This document shows positions 60,778-64,000 of a DNA stretch of 64,000 nucleotides, one piece after another; the stretch's first letter is position 1, and each line of letters opens with the position of its first letter. The notes under the pieces are model-generated. The model did not search any database and was not told the DNA's origin. It worked only from the letters and a program-made list of their open reading frames with translations. The stretch comes from an uncultured bacterium (lineage in GTDB: Bacteria; Bacillota_I; Bacilli_A; RF39; UBA660). A program made the position numbers and the translations under genes. Location: the NCBI GenBank assembly GCA_947646655.1, contig CANSHI010000002.1, positions 147,123 to 211,122 on the forward strand, given 5' to 3'.

Positions 60778-61292
60778 AGTATAAGAAATTATATAGTTCC
60801 CCTATTGGTGATTTAGTTTTGACAAGTGATGGAGAATTTTTGACAGGATTATATTTCTTGAAAGCCTTAAAAAGTAAAATTGATTATTTAGAAGAAGATC
60901 TTGAAGTATTTAAAGATACAATTAGTTGGTTGAATATTTATTTCTGTGGAAAAGTGCCGGGTTTTACACCGAAAATTAAACTTGAGAATTTAACTCCTTT
61001 TAGAGAAGACGTGTTAAAAATACTTTTAGATATTCCTTATGGCACTACTGTAAGTTATGGCGACATTGCTAAAACTATTGCAAAAAAGCGTGGAATTAAA
61101 AAGATGTCTAGTCAGGCTATTGGAGGAGCAGTAGGGTGGAATCCAATTTGTATTATAATTCCTTGTCATAGAGTTATAGGATCAAATAATCGTTTAACTG
61201 GTTATAGTGGTGGAATAGAAAATAAGATTGCTTTATTAAAATTAGAAAATGTGGATCTAAAAAGTTTGCGGGAAGGAAAAGTAAAAATATGA
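60774..61292 (+). CDS. ogt: Methylated-DNA--protein-cysteine methyltransferase
   Basis: Active-site IPCHRVIG motif; 172 aa. Confidence 0.8.
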   Translation: MKYKKLYSSPIGDLVLTSDGEFLTGLYFLKALKSKIDYLEEDLEVFKDTISWLNIYFCGKVPGFTPKIKLENLTPFREDVLKILLDIPYGTTVSYGDIAKTIAKKRGIKKMSSQAIGGAVGWNPICIIIPCHRVIGSNNRLTGYSGGIENKIALLKLENVDLKSLREGKVKI

Positions 61293-61846
61293 TGAGAAAA
61301 ATAAGATGTAAATGGTGTAATTTAAAAAATGAGGTGTATGTAAAATATCACGATGAAGAGTGGTGTCGTCCAAATTTTAGTGATGCATATTTGTTCGAAA
61401 TGTTAATATTAGAATCGTTTCAAGCTGGATTGTCTTGGGAATGTGTTTTAAATAAGAGAGAGTATTTTAGAAGGGCTTTTGATAATTTTGACATAGAAAA
61501 AATAATCAAGTATGATAATGCAAAGATAGAGATGCTATTAAGCGATGAGAAAATAATTCGTAATAAGTTAAAAATTAATGCAACTATAAGTAATGCAAAA
61601 ATTTTTAAAAGTATTGTTTTAGAATTTAGTTCTTTTTATGAATATTTAAAACAATTTGCAAAAGATGAAATCATATACGAGATTGGCAAGGCTACAAACG
61701 AAGTATCTGATGCTATTTCTAATGATTTGAAAAAACGTGGAATGAAGTTTGTGGGAAGTACAATTATTTATTCTTTTTTGCAAGCTGTAGGCATTATTTA
61801 TTCACATGAAAATGATTGTTTTTTATACAAGGGGGAGTATTTATGA
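61289..61846 (+). CDS. tag: DNA-3-methyladenine glycosylase I
   Basis: Tag signature YHDEEWCRP with zinc-binding Cys/His; ATGA overlap with ogt. Confidence 0.85.
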   Translation: MMRKIRCKWCNLKNEVYVKYHDEEWCRPNFSDAYLFEMLILESFQAGLSWECVLNKREYFRRAFDNFDIEKIIKYDNAKIEMLLSDEKIIRNKLKINATISNAKIFKSIVLEFSSFYEYLKQFAKDEIIYEIGKATNEVSDAISNDLKKRGMKFVGSTIIYSFLQAVGIIYSHENDCFLYKGEYL

Positions 61847-62724
61847 ATAATAATTTTAACGAATTAAAAAAATATATTGAGTATTCTGAGGTGCGAAAGT
61901 TTAACGAAGAGATCAGTGTAAGATTATCAAAAGAGTTAGCAATTAAATATGATAAGGGTAGCTATTATAATCGTTTAGAAAGAATAGGATTTTGGTTTAA
62001 AAAGTTGAAAGCACTAAACATTTTATATCCAGGAAACGCACATCCTGTTTTATATATTTATATAGTTCCCGATGAAAACTATCAAAAGCTTTTAAATTTT
62101 CCGGCAATTTTTGATAAAGGTAAAGGAGGAGGAAAGGCAGTACCATGTTTTGATTTGAATGGCTTTAATTCTGCGTATGCAATTAGTCAAAATTTAGTTG
62201 AAGATTTTATAAATAATAATATAGCTCATGATGTAAATACGGTTCATGAATTAGCGCATGTAATTCATAGTCAGTTTTTTTATAAAAACTCTATTATTTG
62301 TGAAGGATTTGCAGACATGGTACCTTTGTATATTTTAGATTTAAAGGATCAATTTCTTGAGTATAAAATGATGTTAGCTAGCTTGGATATTGAGCACGTT
62401 CTTTCGGCTGAAGAAATAATAGATTCTGAAAGAAAAGGTACTTTTGGTAAAGATGATGGCAATAATCGAAGAATGTGTTCTTTTAGAATTTCGTATGTAT
62501 CTTCATTTTTATTTGTAATGGTTTGCATGAAATTAATAGAGAAACAGTATGGGCTTTCGAAAGTTCAAGCTATGCAAAAATTTTTAACGATGATAAGGCA
62601 ATGTAATGGTGTTAATGATTATCTTATTTACGAAATTGCTGATAGTCTTTTTGTACCTAGAGAAGAATTGTTGAGTGGAAAAAGATTACAACTAAATATA
62701 TTGAACGATTTAATAAAAAAATAA
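61843..62724 (+). CDS. Hypothetical protein with an HExxH motif (possible zinc metalloprotein)
   Basis: VHELAHVIH; the track start is TTG and ATG 61843 follows AGGGGGAG, overlapping the tag stop (ATGA). Confidence 0.5.
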   Translation: MNNNFNELKKYIEYSEVRKFNEEISVRLSKELAIKYDKGSYYNRLERIGFWFKKLKALNILYPGNAHPVLYIYIVPDENYQKLLNFPAIFDKGKGGGKAVPCFDLNGFNSAYAISQNLVEDFINNNIAHDVNTVHELAHVIHSQFFYKNSIICEGFADMVPLYILDLKDQFLEYKMMLASLDIEHVLSAEEIIDSERKGTFGKDDGNNRRMCSFRISYVSSFLFVMVCMKLIEKQYGLSKVQAMQKFLTMIRQCNGVNDYLIYEIADSLFVPREELLSGKRLQLNILNDLIKK

Positions 62725-63378
62725 AGCTTCGGGATATAATGTTTATTATTGGTTTATAAATAAAAGTCGATTACATTCATTTTTATGATTGATTTTTTTG
62801 CTACAGTTTTTCTTTGAAATAATATAACTTTTTTACTATTGAAGAATAGTTGACTAAAGATAGATCCATTTTTTTAATCTCAGCAATTTTTTTGCATAAA
62901 AACATACTTAAATATGTAAAATAAAAATCATTAATTATATCATCATCGCATTTTTTATCTAATATAATTTCATCATTATAATAGTTTTTTGCAATTCTTT
63001 TATATATCTCATCTATTTCACTATTGGTGCTTAACAATATTAAGTGACCATTGTAATTATGACTTAATGTGCTTTTGCCATGACAATAATCATATTTGTC
63101 ATGAATAATAGGTATTCCTATTCCTGATTCTGTTAACGTCGATTCAATGACTCTTGCTGTAGTGCTTGTTTCAAAACTAGATATTCCTTTCTTTGTGTAA
63201 GTTTCCTTGTCATATTTATAACATCATAAAAACGACTTTTTTACAAGTCGGTTTGCTATTTTAACTCGAAGTTTGAGTATCAATCAAATTTGGTGCCCGA
63301 AAGAGAGAAGTACAACAACTCCTTAGACAAAAGAAAATAGTTAGTAATAAATTTAACTAACTAAGTATATCATATTTT

Positions 63379-64000
63379 TTATAATATTGCTTTTATTTTT
63401 TCTTTATCTATTGCCATCAAGAATAATCCTAATTTTGGGCCTTGATCTGTACCTAAAAGCATATTATATAAAATTTGGAAATATCTTTTTTGTGCCTGTT
63501 TTAATTCCTTATCGGCTAAAATACCATCTTTAACTACATCATATAATGCTGTTTGCAAATCATTAGTTGTCTTAAAATTCTCTTCTAACAATAATATTGT
63601 ATTTTTTAACCATTCTTTTTCTAAATTACTTAAAGATTCATAATATTCAATGTTTCTTTCATTTAAAAGATTAACTTGATAGTCTGCACCATAATTATTT
63701 ACCCAATTTGTTGCTAGTTCTAATCTTTGATTAAATTCTTTAGTATTAACATTAATATTTTCTTTGCTTAATAACTCTTTTAATAAGTCGATGTCAAAAT
63801 TAACTATCGGAAGAAATGTCGCTAAATAACTAAAATTTGGATTGTTTAAATATTCTTCTTTTACATTTGTTAAATCTAAAATGCTTTTATTTTTGTCATC
63901 AATGTTACCATTAAAATATAGTTTTACCCATCTATCAAATTCACTATAATATCTAATAACATCATTATCTAGTGCAATATCAAAAGCATGCATGTTATCA
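63379..64000 (-). CDS. C-terminal part of a larger protein that runs off the window; possibly class I lysyl-tRNA synthetase (weak)
   Basis: The ORF is open to the window edge; the C-terminal ..YFQILYNMLLGTDQGPKLGLFLMAIDKEKIKAIL is reminiscent of class I LysRS C-termini, recalled from memory and not verified. Confidence 0.3.
   Translation of the reverse strand, partial: DNMHAFDIALDNDVIRYYSEFDRWVKLYFNGNIDDKNKSILDLTNVKEEYLNNPNFSYLATFLPIVNFDIDLLKELLSKENINVNTKEFNQRLELATNWVNNYGADYQVNLLNERNIEYYESLSNLEKEWLKNTILLLEENFKTTNDLQTALYDVVKDGILADKELKQAQKRYFQILYNMLLGTDQGPKLGLFLMAIDKEKIKAIL

Noticed and set aside
62801-63230. A minus-strand ORF of 78 aa (62801..63037) that extends without an ATG to about 63190 in the same frame, with MTRKLTQRKEY in another frame upstream
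   Set aside because: It is a possible frameshifted or non-ATG-start small gene. I could find no motif, no RBS and no family resemblance, which is insufficient to call a gene or a pseudogene.
1-64000. A CRISPR array, IS element or integrase anywhere in the window
   Set aside because: There are no regularly spaced short repeats, and no transposase or recombinase-like ORFs or terminal inverted repeats. The only large repeat is the 1-kb direct duplication described above.

Overview
By eye this is an AT-rich (roughly 70% A+T) low-GC Firmicutes chromosomal segment, Clostridia/Tissierellia-like. Genes are compact, with Shine-Dalgarno sites and many ATGA/TAATG overlapping start/stops. Several ORF-track starts are GTG/TTG artefacts, and I moved them to downstream ATG codons that have an RBS. 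The housekeeping backbone (0-46 kb) is: a cyclophilin lipoprotein, CIRCE-controlled hsp20, tsaE-tsaB-rimI-tsaD, a ZIP transporter, recX-like, prsA, rpmB, dnaE, rubrerythrin, ffh, class II lysS, the str operon rpsL-rpsG-fusA-tuf, ackA, nrnA, a yitT-like gene, ftsE-ftsX with a coiled-coil M23 peptidase, and pheS-pheT behind a Phe T-box leader. Several non-core insertions sit in this backbone. They are a three-gene cassette with a HipA-like kinase and a second kinase-fold protein (15.8-18.6 kb), a CotD-like Cys/His-rich protein, a YjcZ-like 34-aa ORF missed by the track, a degenerate iPGM-like pseudoenzyme with a coiled-coil partner, and two tandem 454-aa membrane-anchored paralogues with two downstream unknowns (38.1-42.5 kb). 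The most unusual region is a roughly 12 kb accessory island (46.2-58.3 kb) between pheT and a minus-strand tRNA-Cys(GCA). It opens with a membrane-tethered XRE regulator. It then carries a roughly 1 kb, about 99% identical direct repeat. Each repeat copy is a divergent two-gene cassette: an unknown 142-aa protein and a tandem-HTH XRE regulator. The two copies bracket a small MBL-fold hydrolase and an Abi_2 abortive-infection protein. The second copy sits in front of two tandem fused ABC ATPase-permease paralogues whose first ~600 nt are near-identical but whose permease halves diverge. A small secreted Cys-containing protein follows. No integrase, transposase or CRISPR array is visible. Beyond the tRNA lie an ogt-tag alkylation-repair operon and, truncated at the window edge, a possible class I LysRS C-terminus.
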